From assembly GCA_011109175.1 (NCBI GenBank), contig RDEW01000044.1, positions 285,681-349,680 of the forward strand: a DNA stretch of 64,000 nucleotides, given 5' to 3'. Source of the DNA: Dicyema japonicum (taxonomy: Eukaryota; Animalia; Dicyemida). Within the stretch, counting starts at the first letter, position 1. Every line of letters starts with the position of its first letter. A program made the translations under genes and the position numbers. This document shows positions 1-13,140 of this stretch, piece by piece. The notes under the pieces were generated by a model. It was not told the origin of the DNA and made no database searches. It worked only from the letters and a program-made list of their open reading frames with translations.

Positions 1-700
1 CAACATCAGTTACCCCTGTTGATCCTCATCATATATAACCCAGAATCCTTGTAACCTTAATATTAGGATGATGACTACCTTTAAAAGTCCTAGAAAGATA
101 AGTGTCTGAGAGACTTCAAAAATTAACGGTGCCAGTGCATGAACCTATGACCACATAACGATCATTCGGAATTAAATTAGAACGGGATAAGGCTGTGAAT
201 CCCCCATTTGATTAAGCAACTACCAATGCTCTAACAAGTGGTTTATTACTCAGTGATATTTTCTTATGGAATTTTTTAATTGACAGGTTCTTCTGATCTC
301 TGATAGTGAACTCAGTTCCTTAGTGATCCTCGGTCTGGTCACAGCACAATATAGTGACGGTAGTTAGTGATCCTCAGTCTGGTGACAGCACTAATATAGT
401 GACGGTAGAAAAATACCATAGGATTGAGTACTCGGCAATCCAATAACGAGCTTTGGTAAGTTCATCTGGTTTCACGTTGTAGCAGGTCACGGAGTTCTTG
501 CAACTCTCTGTTTGGAATCTCCAGGGATCTTGAAAATGTCATCACTGTGTTTCACGAGAAGGATTCTATCAAAGGCATCCTCTTAGAATAGGCCTTGAAT
601 GGTAAAAGTAACATACAGATTGGCTCTTTAAGCTTTCTTAGATGTTATTTTACTTCTTGTAGTCGGTAGATTTGTGAACTTGGTGAGCCTTGTATAATAG
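1..700 (-). mobile_element. Highly degenerate APE-type LINE remnant
   Basis: Minus-strand fragments resemble an APE N-terminus (QELRDLLQRE) and a DH-type C-terminal motif. There are many stops and no long ORF. Confidence 0.25.
320..408. repeat. Tandem duplication, about 44-bp unit x2
   Basis: ttagtgatcctc(g/a)gtctggt(c/g)acagcac...atagtgacggtag occurs twice with 3 differences. Confidence 0.85.
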
Positions 701-1179
701 AGAATGAAACCTTTTTAAATTCAAAATCAGCTAATAATTCAGCCTGGCCAGCCGGATTCATTTCGTAGCTATATTGACATCACAATAATTAGTTATAATT
801 AACTAACTAACTTAAATTCAAAAAACCACATTTATTTAATGCAATATTTTTATTAAAATTAATATAAAATTTATTACTTAATGAATTAACTAGTGGTTGA
901 ATCGCAAAAATTTTAGGTTATTATAAGCAACATGCATGGAATAACTTGGCCACGTGGCGCCAGTTTGTGCTATGCAGCTAGTGGGTCGAAATGTTATTTT
1001 TCCTTTTTCTGATGACGTCATTTGATACACCTTACTGAGGAGACGTCCAATCCCTGGCCGGGATCAAGAGACTCCAACTATTTTTTCCCAGGGGTACAAT
1101 GTCGCTACCTGGATACAAGTTCTGGAACGCTGGAACGAGTCAGGATCAAGGAGCTAGTTAGTTTGGTTACCCTGGGTCT

Positions 1180-1485
1180 TTTATTATTATTATTTTTTAA
1201 GAAACACCGTCTTAACCACTAACTAATATTCAGGTGATCTCAATAATCGGGCCATCTTTTCTCGATGCTCCGACCGTGACCCCAAACATTTTCTATACGG
1301 ACGGGGGTCTTTTTTCCCTCCTCTTCTGAAGTTGCCTCTATGATAGAGTCGAGTGTTCTGAGGGTAATTTCTTTATCCGTATATTTTCCCAGTAATTTTA
1401 TTGCTCTTGACTGGATCTCTTGAATTTTTATTAGGTTTGTTGCTGCCAGGTTAGATCCCCACACAGCACATGCATGGCCTAGGAC
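1180..1485 (-). mobile_element. 3' end of an I/Jockey-group LINE with a (TAA)n tail, same family as 31460-34250
   Basis: The reverse complement closely matches 33945-34250 (WGSNLAATNLIKIQEIQSRAIKLL; gatcacctgaatattagttagtggtt; taataataa tail). Confidence 0.85.
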
Positions 1486-1499
1486 TACAAGAATACCTT

Positions 1500-2810
1500 C
1501 ATATGATTAAAATTTAATTAAATTTTAACCGGCTTGGTATATCTACTGAAAAAATCAGCTTCGTCTTTATTTACCTCAGACAACTTGGACAAATGACCTT
1601 GGATATTTTTATCTGCCAAACAAAAATGGCTTTCACGAAGAAACTGAAATTCGTGTAAGGGGTGAAGTATGGTACAAAAAATGCTCCTCTAAACATCTGA
1701 GTACCCTAATGTTAAGATGCACTGGAGACTGTTTGGTCACATTCTAAAAATATATACGCCAGCTAACATGATCATGGAAGAATTTTTAGAAACATCTGGG
1801 AAAAGTTCAGAGGTTGTCCGCATATAACGCTTCCCAAACTCCTTTATGTAGATTTGAGACCGTAAACAGGGCACTAAAAGACGGTGAAAACCTCAGCAGT
1901 TTGCGTAGTCTGGTATCGAATAGGAGAGAGTGGGAGAAGCTAATATTGAGGATCCTACGAACGTGACACGAGTTGAATTATAGCTCCCAGAGATATCCCC
2001 ACCGTCGGCACAAATTCCTGACATAGGGCTTCTCCAATACAGACCTTCAACCTCGTTTTTGAAACAAGAGTATGAGCAAAGCTCTGGTAAGAATCCCAAA
2101 AATAGTTGCAAAGTGATGCTCCGTTATTAAAGTCACTTAGACTTTAAGACAGATATTCTCCAAGCTCTACTAAAACATGTTTCAGTAACTTCGGGGGAGT
2201 ATGCTAGAGACAGTCCATCTTGCAGCTTCATGTTACTGTGGAACTATGTTAACTTAATTTCTTCCCACACGGAACAGATGTACTGATGTTCAGTGAGATA
2301 TATTTTCCTAGTTGCCCAAAAAGTCATCCATTCATTTGTGGTGATGCGAATTATCTCGTGCCGAATCTAGTAGAGGTAATTTATGATCACTACCAATCTA
2401 CCAAAGGACTTCGATTCCCCCAAAGGAGATTAGTCTGTTAGAACCCAGTGTCTATAAAACAGGTAATAGGCGTGACAAAAGTGTGGTAATACTAGGCAAG
2501 GGAAATTCCTCAGGACTCTTCCTTGTATGCCAAAAGACGTTCTCCCCTTTGGTAAAAAATTTTTCCACTTCCACGTGGGGGTATATATTGAAGATAGGTA
2601 TTAATCTTCTAACGAGGGTTGAAAGGTAATTGAATAGTCCTTGTCATTAACCCCTCAGACTGGTGAACCAAACGAGTAAGTCTTCGCGGACTGCAACCCC
2701 AGTCAATAGTGTTTGTATTGAGAAGGAATAAGGATTAATTTGTGACCTCCATAACATTCATTGAAGCCTTTTTATTGAGTTTCTATATAACCCGAAAAAA
2801 TATGCACCAG
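1500..2810 (-). mobile_element. Degenerate LINE (L1/Tx1-like) endonuclease region
   Basis: Minus-strand fragments TGVAV, NIYPH and SDHKL occur in APE order, heavily interrupted by stops. Confidence 0.35.
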
Positions 2811-2879
2811 GTCAATCAAAATTTAAATTATTTTTAAATTTTTTAACACTTTCTCTTACAGAGAAGTATCTATATTCAA

Positions 2880-3880
2880 CTTACTTTAAACAGTCTCTTA
2901 TGTTGCCTTTAACCTTGCACACACAGTCTTTTCAAAAAACCAGAAGCAGAGTCAATAAGTTCATCCACAACCAACGGAAAGGAAAGAAAATTTCCAATCC
3001 TTGCAGTTGGGAAACCCTCCAGTGGATTGGAGAGAACAATTCATGCTGACACTGAGCGCTACTTGAGTCAGGTGGACGCTACTCTAATGGAACAAGGGAA
3101 GGACAGAAAAGGGAAGTGTAATTTTTAACCAAGTAGTCATATATCATTGCCTTAACGTTGTCCCATCATTGCCCTAGATAATGAGTCTTTCTGGTACGAT
3201 ACAGTAGTTGAAAGGGATCTTCCTACCATCTTCCTGACCAAATCCTCTGGTGAAGATTACATTATGAAAACTATTCCGTCAAAGAATGAAGTGATGTTTC
3301 CGACGATAGGAAGTGTGATGAAAATGGGAGAGGGCGAACCTACCTCTCCACCTTTAATGACTTTTAACATCGTATTACTGTTTAGTGTTAGAAAGTCAAC
3401 GAAAGATCTACTCACAGGATGTTACTGGAGTTTTTATAATTTTGGCTCCAACCTATGAGTCCCCTATGAACCTAGTAGGTGTCTGTTGTAGACTTTTCTT
3501 TTCGATTCACAACTCCCTCTAGTGTTCTAGTTTCCTGTACAAGGACGTAATTTCGACCTCTACATGAATGAGAGGTCGAAAACTATTCTCGGTCTTTATT
3601 TAAGCATCCTGACATAAACCATGCTGACTGTATCTCTGATATTCGATTACTCACGATAGAGAGCCTAGGGTCAGTGGATGCCCCTGTGCCTGGTAAAGTC
3701 AAGTCTATCGTAAAGAGCATAAAGGTGGTCTCCTATATTAATTGTGGATGACCATTAACCAACATGATTAACACGACTACTTTGCTTATTTGACGATTAT
3801 AGTTGTTAGCATGGGTCCGTCAGTTCATCGATGCGCACATGAAGAGGAGGGATAAGACCCTTATGAAAAGAAGACTGTCA
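2880..3880 (-). mobile_element. Degenerate LINE reverse-transcriptase remnant (L1/Tx1-like)
   Basis: Minus-strand caggggcatccactgacccta near 3665-3690 resembles the RQGCPLSP RT motif. A GG-LG-like motif lies downstream. Confidence 0.3.
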
Positions 3881-4108
3881 AATAAACTAGACGTTGAGTA
3901 AAAATTAATATTAAAAATTCTTAAAACCACAAAAATCATTAAAATGTGGAATTTATGCGTTTTCTTAGAAATTGAACAAATGATGATAAATCATACAATA
4001 AATATCTGAAAAATGATGAAAAAATAAAATCTCAAAAAATTGGAATTTCGATAAAAATTTAATAATTTAAAAGTTATTATTAAAATAAATAAGTTTAATT
4101 TTGAATTA

Positions 4109-4117
4109 TTGACCTAA
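4109..4117 (+). promoter_or_regulatory. TTGACCTAA motif directly before the AAT start codon
   Basis: The identical 9-mer also lies upstream of the ATGs at 36923 and 50396. Function is inferred only. Confidence 0.35.
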
Positions 4118-5480
4118 ATGTCTTTTCTCTCAACGAAATTGAAACTTTTACCTCCTGATCCGATTTTCAAAGCTAATGAGGAATTTCAGGCCTCCACAAA
4201 CCCCCAAAAGCTAAACCTTTCCATTGGAGGTCTCTCATTGTGATATTTTAGCTTACACCGATGAGGATGGGACCGTGTATGTGCTAAATACTGTGAAGGA
4301 GGCCAAAGCTATGATCCTGCAAGACTCCAAGGACACACATCAATACCTACCCATAACCGGATATCCTCAACTTAATGACATCTGCGGAAAGCTCATTTTT
4401 GGGGATGATAACTCCTTCAAAAATAAGGCACTAAGTTGATTCATTTCCAGTTCGTAGCCTTCCAAGTGTTGGGCGGAACCGGAGGATTCTTTGTGGGGGC
4501 AGAATTGCTCAATAAGTACTGCAATTTAGAGAACGTCGTGATCCCTTCCAAAACCTGGGGTTAATAGTCTTTGGTAATCATAGGTTCTCACAATTCCATC
4601 TTCCGTAACATGAATTACGTGATTACAAACTACAAGATAGAAGCCAACTCTGATGGATCCTTGGCAATTGATCAAATCGTTGAAGACTTGAAGGTCATTT
4701 GTGCTAGATTATTCTAGAAATGTCCAGAAAAGTCTGTTGTCATACTCCAAGCTTGTTGCCATAACCCATGTGGGTTGGATCCTGAGCAAGAAGGTTGGAA
4801 GAGGATTGCGGATGTAATAATGGTTGATTTTCTGTTATTTTCAGGAACGGAATTTGGTCCCCTTCTTAGATTTGGCCTACATGGGATTTGGGTCATTAAA
4901 TATGGCTGATGATGCATGGGCTGTCCGTTATTTTGCCTCTTTGGGGATCGATTTTCTCGTCAGTGTCTCCTTCTCTAAGAACTTTGGCCTTTACGGTAAT
5001 GGTAGGGTATTTTACTCCCAGGGGAGAGGATCGGCTGTTTGATGGTTTTCGCTAAGGACACTGAATGTTTGGAGGCTTTAGCTAGCAACGTGAAGGCCAT
5101 AATTAGGTGTGCGTACTCGACTCCCCCCAGTTTCGGAGCGAAAATTGTGATGAAGATCTTTTCGGACGACATATTGTATAGGAAATGGCAGGAAGAATTG
5201 AAGACACTTACGAAAAGGGTTATCAAGGTCCGGGGGATGCTGTATGAAAACCTGAAATCTAAGGGAATTGACTGGCCGCAGATAACGAAGGCTAGGGGGT
5301 TCTTCTTTCAATCTCCACTTAGTGGTAAGTCACGTGGTTTGAAAGGCAGAAGAACAGGTTAATCGGTTGAAGGCAGATTGGGATTTGTTTATTCTTCCAA
5401 ATGGGAGAATTAATATGGCTGGATTGTTGGCGGACAGGGTAGACGATCTGGCAGCTGCTATTAAGGATGTTTCGACTTAA
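4118..5480 (+). CDS. GOT1: Aspartate aminotransferase (class I, cytosolic type), 8 exons, 398 aa
   Basis: The spliced frame contains PPDPIF, KLNLSIGAY, YLPITG, QVLGGTG, HNPCGLDP, DLAYMGFGS, SFSKNFGLYGERIG (PLP lysine at 4977-4979) and GRINMAG. Introns are 4230-4251, 4428-4450 (GC-AG), 4560-4583, 4694-4717, 4823-4844, 4996-5021 and 5325-5349. The spliced CDS is 1197 nt with no internal stop, and no transit peptide is visible. Confidence 0.95.
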
Positions 5481-7974
5481 TTGGTCGACTAGTTGACTAA
5501 CATGATTTACTTTTTGGTTATTCTATAACAAGAAATAGTCTTTAAAGATGTGAGTACTAGGCAGGCTACTGTATGCTCAGAAATCTGATAAAGAAGGGAT
5601 TAAGGTTGACTGTGTGGATCCGATGGCCTATTCTCCTAAAAGGTGAGCACTAGACGGATTGGAATTTTGAAACCTTCAAAGGTATTGAGTAGGGATGACT
5701 AGGTAGATCGAAGGGCCTCGTGATTATTAGATAAAATAGCTTAAAGCTAAATTGTACAATCTCATAAACATGGGCAACCCATTTATTCAGGCATAATTAT
5801 GATTTATGAGCTTAGCATTAATGAAGGTTATAATTATGATTTTGGTGTAATATTTAAATGCGGTTTTTTATTACTGGGGTGTGGTAGATTGCCATAATCA
5901 TTCACTAATCTGTTTATCAATCTTTCAAAGATTTATTAGAATCTTAAAATATATTCTCAGCAATCTTCTCCACCCCCTGCTGTGCGGATTCTTACTCAGA
6001 GTTCAGGATCTTCCAAAATTAAAAACTCATCTGTCGAGGATAGACAGTAAAGTAATTTTTGGTCTGCATCGACATTCTCATTACTGGTTGAAGTGATATT
6101 CCACCATGTCTTGCTCGGGGAAATGCCCAAAGACTTGTAGAAAGAATACGATCCATTGATTGAGACCTTTTTTGGCTATTGCTCTCCAATAACGATTTTT
6201 GGTTGCTTCGATGGAACGTGCCCTTAGGAAAACCCAATTCTCAGTACTTCCGGGTGGATTTTTCTTCATATTGACTTTGTGGTCCTCTAAAATTTTGTAA
6301 TTTAGTCGTAGTTTTGATTGAAGTAAAATCCACAAATAAGACCAACTAAGCTCTCAACAGAGTCTAAAATTTGAGAAAGATCTATTCCCAATTCTGAATT
6401 GATGTTGCTAAGTCCTTGGGGAGACTTACTGTTAATTAATCATATCTCCCTGTACATCCTCGCACTATTTTTGTATTTTGGTTCTTCTATATCACAGAAC
6501 CAATCAAAAGCACTGGGATCGGTCGATGAAGAACGGGGAATTGAACATATTGATAAAAAAGTCCATTTACGAGAAGAAAGATTACAAAAGACAATCAAAA
6601 AGAGGTAGAGTCAGTTAACCAAAAATCATTCTTTTTTGAAAATAATAGGAATCGTTCTTTGGTGGGGTGGTGACGTGCCTCGTTTCTTCTCTGTAAAACG
6701 GTTAAGAAAAATGTCTGAAAAACACTCATTATACAATCGAGAACTCAGGCTAATGACGTTCAACGTACGTGGAATATCGAAAGATTGGACAAGGAAAATA
6801 CTTTGTGACGATCTCGAGAAATACAAAATATCTATTGGCTACAAGAGACGAAAATCGAAAATGGACGCAATGAGACATGGAACAACTACCGACTGATTCT
6901 TTTCCCAACTGAATGCAAGCACTACGGCATGGGATTTGCCATACACGTGGATTACCTCAAAAAATTACATCGCTATTGGAGAGTCAACGACCGAATATGT
7001 GTTCTACAAGTCAAACTAAATGAACTATGCCCGTCCAAGAGTCTATTAACTGTCATAAATGTCTATGCACCACACTGTAGACGAGTAATCAAGAACTCCG
7101 ATGAGCTCGAGGAATTCTACTCAGAACTATCAAGCACATACTCTAACAATGCTTTTTCGTCCCTTGTCTTTGTTACGGAAGATATGAATGCAAAGGCCGG
7201 AATGCGAATAGAACCCTAAGAATCCTCTATTGGAAGACACGGGCGCGGAACGAGAAATGCATCTGGAGCCTCTCTGGTGAACTTCTGCGAGGCAAATAGC
7301 CTATTCCTGTGCAACACGTCTTTCACGCACTCAGCTTGCCACAAGACGACGTGGCACGCACAAAGAAAAAACTCTGTCGGGGAGACTGTGAATGTACATA
7401 CATTATCTGCCGAAAGTCTGATAAACACCTGATAAATGATGCACGCTCATACCAAGGGACAACAACTGACAGCTACCACAGGATCGTCATTGCAAAACTT
7501 TCTGTAAAAAAGCACCTGACTGAGAGCAAATACATTGAAAACTCGAAGAAGGCGAGACAAAGACCCAATATATACTTTTAGACAAAAAAATTGTGGTTAG
7601 AGCCCACTTGTAGAGCTAAATATCACGAACAAATCGAGACTCTTATGGTGAAAACCGCACCGGAATCATCAGTACGAACTCTGTGGGATCAAACAAAGCA
7701 GGTAATCTCCAATCAAACAAAGCAGGTAATCTCCCTATTAAAAGATGTGGAATGCCTAAAGGACAATTCAAGGATGTATGCGGCTGCTGCGCACAAAGAA
7801 AGGATAAAACACCCTTCACATCAAATAAAAAGATTGAAAATTCATGTGTAACCAAGAAAAAAAGCAGAATTGACACTTCGAAACACTGTTGAATAAAGAA
7901 AATAATGACCCCTTTCCAGGGAGAAGCAAATGCGCTAAAAATCCCAATCACAGTGGAAGAGGTGGAATTAGCGC

Positions 7975-8861
7975 TAAATAAACTGAAGAACAACAAGAGT
8001 GCTGGGCCGAACAACATAAGTCCTGAGCTCCTAAAATATGGGCCAAAAAACTTAGCGACACAATTGCAAAAACCCTAAATGCCGTCTTTGTAACTAATAC
8101 CGATCTAGGACTTGGAAATGGATTATTATTACCCATACAAAAACCAAACAAATCAAAAGGACCAGTAGAAAATTTCCGATTCTGAATTCGATACGCAAGG
8201 TGCTGGCAAACATTGCACTAAATCAGATAAAGGGTGTGGCGGATCTATACATACCAGTATGTCAAAGTGGGTTCCGAAATGGGAGGTCTACGGCAGACAT
8301 TGTATGGAGCCACAGNNNNNNNNNNNNNNNNNNNNNNNNNNNNNNNNNNNNNNNNNNNNNNNNNNNNNNNNNNNNNNNNNNNNNNNNNNNNNNNNNNNNN
8401 NNNNNNNNNNNNNNNNNNNNNNNNNNNNNNNNNNNNNNNNNNNNNNNNNNNNNNNNNNNNNNNNNNNNNNNNNNNNNNNNNNNNNNNNNNNNNNNNNNNN
8501 NNNNNNNNNNNNNNNNNGATAAATAAACTGAAGAACAACAAGAGTGCTGGGCCGAACAACATAAGTCCTGAGCTCCTAAAATATGGGCCAAAAAAACTTA
8601 GCGACACAATTGCAAAAACCCTAAATGCCGTCTTTGTAACTAATACCGATCTAGGACTTGGAAATGGATTATTATTACCCATACAAAAACCGAATAAATC
8701 AAAAGGACCAGTAGAAAATTTCCGCTTCTGAATTCGATACGCAAGGTGCTGGCAAACATTGCACTAAATCAGATAAAGGGTGTGGCGGATCTATACATAC
8801 CAGTATGTCAAAGTGGGTTCCGAAATGGGAGGTCTACGGCAGACATTGTATGGAGCCACAG
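7975..8861. repeat. About 340-bp direct duplication flanking a 202-N gap (assembly overlap)
   Basis: 7975-8315 is repeated at 8520-8861 with few differences. Confidence 0.9.
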
Positions 8862-9094
8862 CGCAACGCACCAAAGATTCAAGAGCGCAACGACCGTGTT
8901 GGAAATAGATCTCTCCAGAGCTTTCGACTCAATAAACAGACAGAAACTGATGAATGTGCTTGAGCAATTATTTGATGAATCGTCGGTTAGGATAATCAGA
9001 TTACTATTTGCGAACACAAGGACAGAAGGAGCAACTTCCCGCAGTTTCAAAACAACGATTGGGACACCCCAGGGTGATTCCTTCTCCCCTTTAA

Positions 9095-9381
9095 TATTCA
9101 CCATATACCTTGAATCTGCACTTCAACACCTACTAGAAAATGCACCTGCGTAATGTTATATAGGGGATATAGAAGAGACATCTTATGCGGATGATGTGGA
9201 TTTCGTATCACGGAACGTGACCGCACTCCAACACCTANTATTCACCATATACCTTGAATCTGCACTTCAACACCAACTAGAAAATGCACCTGCGTAATGT
9301 TATATAGGGGATATAGAAGAGACATCTTATGCGGATGATGTGGATTTCGTATCACGGAACGTGACCGCACTCCAACACCTA
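9095..9381. repeat. About 143-bp duplication joined by a single N
   Basis: 9095-9237, n at 9238, then 9239-9381. Confidence 0.9.
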
Positions 9382-9530
9382 CTAGAAAATGCACCTGCGG
9401 AGCTTGAGAAATGGTTTCTCAGTGTAAATGTAAACAAAACTGAAATTACGGAAATCAAAAGAGAAGACGATTAACTCATGAAAGATGGAGACGTACTAAT
9501 AAGCTCGGCTCTACTAGGAGACATTTGATT

Positions 9531-10780
9531 TTAATCAACAAAAAAATCAATGATTTAAATCATTAAAAAATCAAAAAAATCATTTAAATTTTTTAATGTC
9601 TGGAAGAAAGCGTGATGCCTTGTGGGTTCACTTCGATAAACGTATTATTCCTGGAAAGACCGAAACTCGAGCCAGATGCCGTAATTGCGGGAAGGAGGTA
9701 CAAGGTCTCGTATCTCGGATGAGGCAGCATCATTTGTCATGTCGAACTAATACGATATCCCTGGAAATCCGTCGAAACCTGAAAGTGATTTGATCAGCGA
9801 ATTCCTCCCAAGGATGAGGGACCAGTCTTTAATCAATTTCGTTACTACGACGACGTCATCGAAGAAAAATTTGATATGCAACTCGCTAGATACATATATT
9901 CCAGTAACACTCCTTTTGCTGCTGTAGAACATCCGGAATTCGTCAAATTCGTCCAAATGCTTCTTCCTGAGTATCGTTTACCCTTTCGTCATGTAGTCCA
10001 TTGCTCGATCGTGAGTACGAAAAAATACATGAAGATTGTCGGCAAAGGTTCCAGGACAGTATCTATGATGTTGGAAAGTGGCGTAACATTGATAATGAAC
10101 TTGTTACTTGTGTGTCAGTTGTAACATCGGATGAAGAAAGCAATCAAATTGACACTGTGGACACCTCTGGATATAGCCACACCGCGGAGTATCTTCAATC
10201 TGTTGCTTTAGCTTCTCCAAAGTCCGCTGAGCAACGGATTGGATGTAAAATCGCGAGTTTTGTAACAGACAATGCTGCTAACGTGACTAAAATGAGGCGG
10301 ATTGATGCAAGATGACGATGAAATTATTACATATGGTTGNAAATTGACACTGTGGACACCTCTGGATATAGCCACACCGCGGAGTATCTTCAATCTGTTG
10401 TTTTAGCTTCTCCAAAGTCCGCTGAGCAACGGTTTAGATGTAAAATCGCGAGTTTTGTAACAGACAATGCTGCCAACGTGACTAAAATGAGGCGGATAAT
10501 GATGCAAGATGACGATGAAATTATTACATATGGTTGCTCGGCACATTATCTTAACCTTCTCTCAAAGGATGTCGAAGTAGCTGACGTTAAAGAAACCATC
10601 GTAAGAATAAATAAATACTTTAGAAACGTCCTCACATTCAAATATACGAAATAGGCTGGAAATTGAAAAGGCTGCCAAACTTGTCTTTGTTTACAAGCTT
10701 TTCAAATAAATACGATTTCCATTGTTTTTATTTTACCTTGTTTCCGAATAAAAAACATTTAATTCAAAAAAATCATGATT
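9531..10780 (+). mobile_element. Decayed hAT-superfamily DNA transposon (BED zinc finger plus catalytic-region fragments)
   Basis: BED finger: LWVHF...ARCRNC...RMRQHHLSC. Other motifs: FVTDNAANV and GCSAHYLNLL. gatttaaatca-type subterminal repeats sit near 9550 and 10770. No intact TIR was seen. Confidence 0.75.
10146..10537. repeat. About 195-bp duplication joined by a single N
   Basis: 10146-10339, n at 10340, then 10341-10537, with few differences. Confidence 0.9.
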
Positions 10781-11619
10781 TTTAACAACTTTGCCAAGAA
10801 GTAAATTTAGCTGAGTCTGGGGGTTGATAAATGGAAAGCAAACTCCACAGAAACCTAGGTAATGTTGTGTTTCCTGCATGACAGTTGACTACCTTGTGAC
10901 GAAATGTAGGAGAATACTGAACATTTCTTGCCTCAGTTTCTACAAGTGGCATCTGTACGCTCTCGTGGTAAAAAAAAGAGCAATAGCAAACATTCAATTC
11001 ACCTTCGAACTGAATATCGTGAAAGTGTTAAGAAAACTGGACATCGATACAGTACGATGACATCAAGTGTGGAGATCGTGAATAACCATATCCTGGAAAT
11101 CATAGTGGTTTGGATGTCTGTCACTAACATTTTTCAATGGGTTTGATTCCCCTGTTAGCTATTTGATCGAAATTTCTCTTTTATTCTGTTCCTTCTCTTT
11201 GAGTGGCTTCATGCGATTCACCTGTCTCAGATGACGCCTAATGACAGGACAGCACAAAAAGTTATTTACCCTCCCTCACTCCACTAAAGGGGTTCTCACT
11301 ACCGACTGTACCTTCTCATTCATTTCAACTAGTTCTGGGTGGACTTAAAAAGACTCTCTGACACTACTCTCGTGAGACCTGGGTACGTTTAATTAGTTGA
11401 TAACTTCTTTCTCGGTGTAGCCGGGTCAGCAAATTTAGCCTCAAAGTCTTTTCTTAGAAGGAAAGTCATCGACATGCCACTTCTCTGTTTCCTCTCTACT
11501 CAAACCAATTACCACATCTTCACCTGTACTTCACCAGTCTCAGATCTTCATTAAACATTTCTGGAAGCGTTATACAAGGATGTCCATGAAAGAAAGTTTA
11601 ATAATAACATTTTTAAATG

Positions 11620-12440
11620 ATAAGATTCTATGTAGTCAAAAACTATACAAGATAATTGCCTGGATTCTAAACGAAACGTACAGTAAAGGAGTCACCTTGC
11701 CACTTGGAGAAGGACTATTGATACCAGTACAGAAGTTAAACATAAAAGCGGGGAAAGTTGAGAACCTAAGACCAGTGGTATTAACCAACACATTACGAAA
11801 GATACTAGTCAATATTACGCTTCAAAGAATGGAGGGACGCCTAGACTCGTACCTGTCGGCTTATCAAAGTGGCTTCCGCAAAGGAAGATCAACGTCAGAT
11901 GTTATATGGAGAAGTGCGACTGTTCAAAAATTTAAAATAACGACAACCATTCTGGGAATTGATGTGTCAAAGGCCTTTAATTCCGTCAACAGGAACAAGC
12001 TGCTGCAAATACTGGAGCACTTCTTGGAGGGCTCAACGATAAGGATGGGTAGGACACTCTTGACGGACACGAGTTTGATGGTCAGGACTGGCCGTCCAAA
12101 TTCTTATACAAGAGAACATGAACTGATCCAATATCATGTGATATTACTGACTCAAGATGAAGGCTCTTTGGACACATACTCCGTTACGATATGGGGACCC
12201 CTGCATACATAACAATGGAGGAGTATTTTGTCTTAGTGGCTTCTCGTTTTAGAGCACAACACTGCCGGTAATCCTAGATGAAGATCTCAGGAGGATTGGA
12301 AAGTGCCTTAAAGATGGGGACGATCTAGATATGCTACGGAACATGGCAACAGATTGAAAAAGATGGGCGAATTTAATTAGATTGTTAACTTTGTGTTGCA
12401 CATGCTTTGTCATGATCTTGGCATCATCGCATACTAATAA
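11620..12440 (+). mobile_element. Internally deleted RTE copy of the 41149-43995 family
   Basis: About 11640-12090 closely matches 42640-43100. The sequence then jumps directly to the match with 43668-43985. Confidence 0.9.
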
Positions 12441-12830
12441 TAATACCATGTGTTCTTGGATACTCTTGGCCAAAGAAAATTTCAGACAATAAACTATTCT
12501 GACTGATTGTGGACCAATAAGTCTAATCGTACTTGAATCAGGCTGGCGCCTTTTTGGACATATTCTACGGATGGATGAACAGACATGGAAGAGTTTTTCA
12601 AAACATATTTCGGCCATATTGTATCTCCTGTATTCAGAGAACGTCCGAGAAATTGTCTTCCAAGGAAACTCGCGGAGGATCACGCAGTGATCGGGGGCCG
12701 ACTGATAGATGCGGACGAACTGGACGATATCTAGAAACGAGCACGACCACGTAAAGGACGGAACTAACGGAAAGGATGTCGAAAAACATGGCACAAGCGA
12801 AACCATAAACAGTGTTTACTGGTAACGCGG
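12440..12830 (+). mobile_element. 3' fragment of another RTE LINE
   Basis: The segment ggctggcgcctttttggacatattctacggatggat encodes WRLFGHILRMD, the RTE C-terminal motif. Confidence 0.65.
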
Positions 12831-12869
12831 ATGTGCTTTAACTAACTATACCATGTAGTTGGGATGTTT

Positions 12870-13140
12870 ATGACCAATTTATATGACCAATGATGACTTA
12901 TGCAAGTCCATCGTGGCCGATTTTGATTTCCCACTCCTCATCTCTAAAACTCTCAGGAAGCTGCAATAAAGATTATTTGACCAGGCGACAATATCCAACC
13001 GATCTGAAAATAGAATTACAACGAAAACTCTTAATGGAGGCCGTTGCAGAGCCGGTTTTGGGTCAGAATATCTACAATCATACAAAAAGGTTGAGCCGAT
13101 GCCATTTCAGATAAGAAGAGCAGTACTGGAATCTCGACCC
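12870..13140 (+). mobile_element. Jockey/I-group LINE C-terminal fragment
   Basis: PMMTYASPSW matches the post-RT PxxxYAxxxW motif. Confidence 0.45.

Larger units (their letters stand above)
6666..9530 (+). mobile_element. RTE-clade LINE, near full length but disrupted (APE + RT)
   Basis: APE motifs: LMTFNVRG, NVYAPH, DMNAK. RT motifs: QSGFRNGRST, DLSRAFDSI, GTPQGDSFSP, YADD. It has multiple stops and frameshifts and contains an N gap at 8316-8517. Confidence 0.9.

Noticed and set aside
5520-5840. Small gene downstream of AAT (intron-like 21-24-nt GT..AG segments on both strands)
   Set aside because: No consistent exon chain with a start, a stop and recognisable homology could be built.
5880-6400. 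Protein-coding gene from the overlapping 70-84-aa ORFs
   Set aside because: There is no splice-consistent model or family motif. At best this is a decayed LINE 3' region.
10810-11150. piggyBac transposase C-terminal remnant
   Set aside because: Only a weak GVD-like motif and a WHLY segment are present, with no TTAA or TIR. This is insufficient to call.
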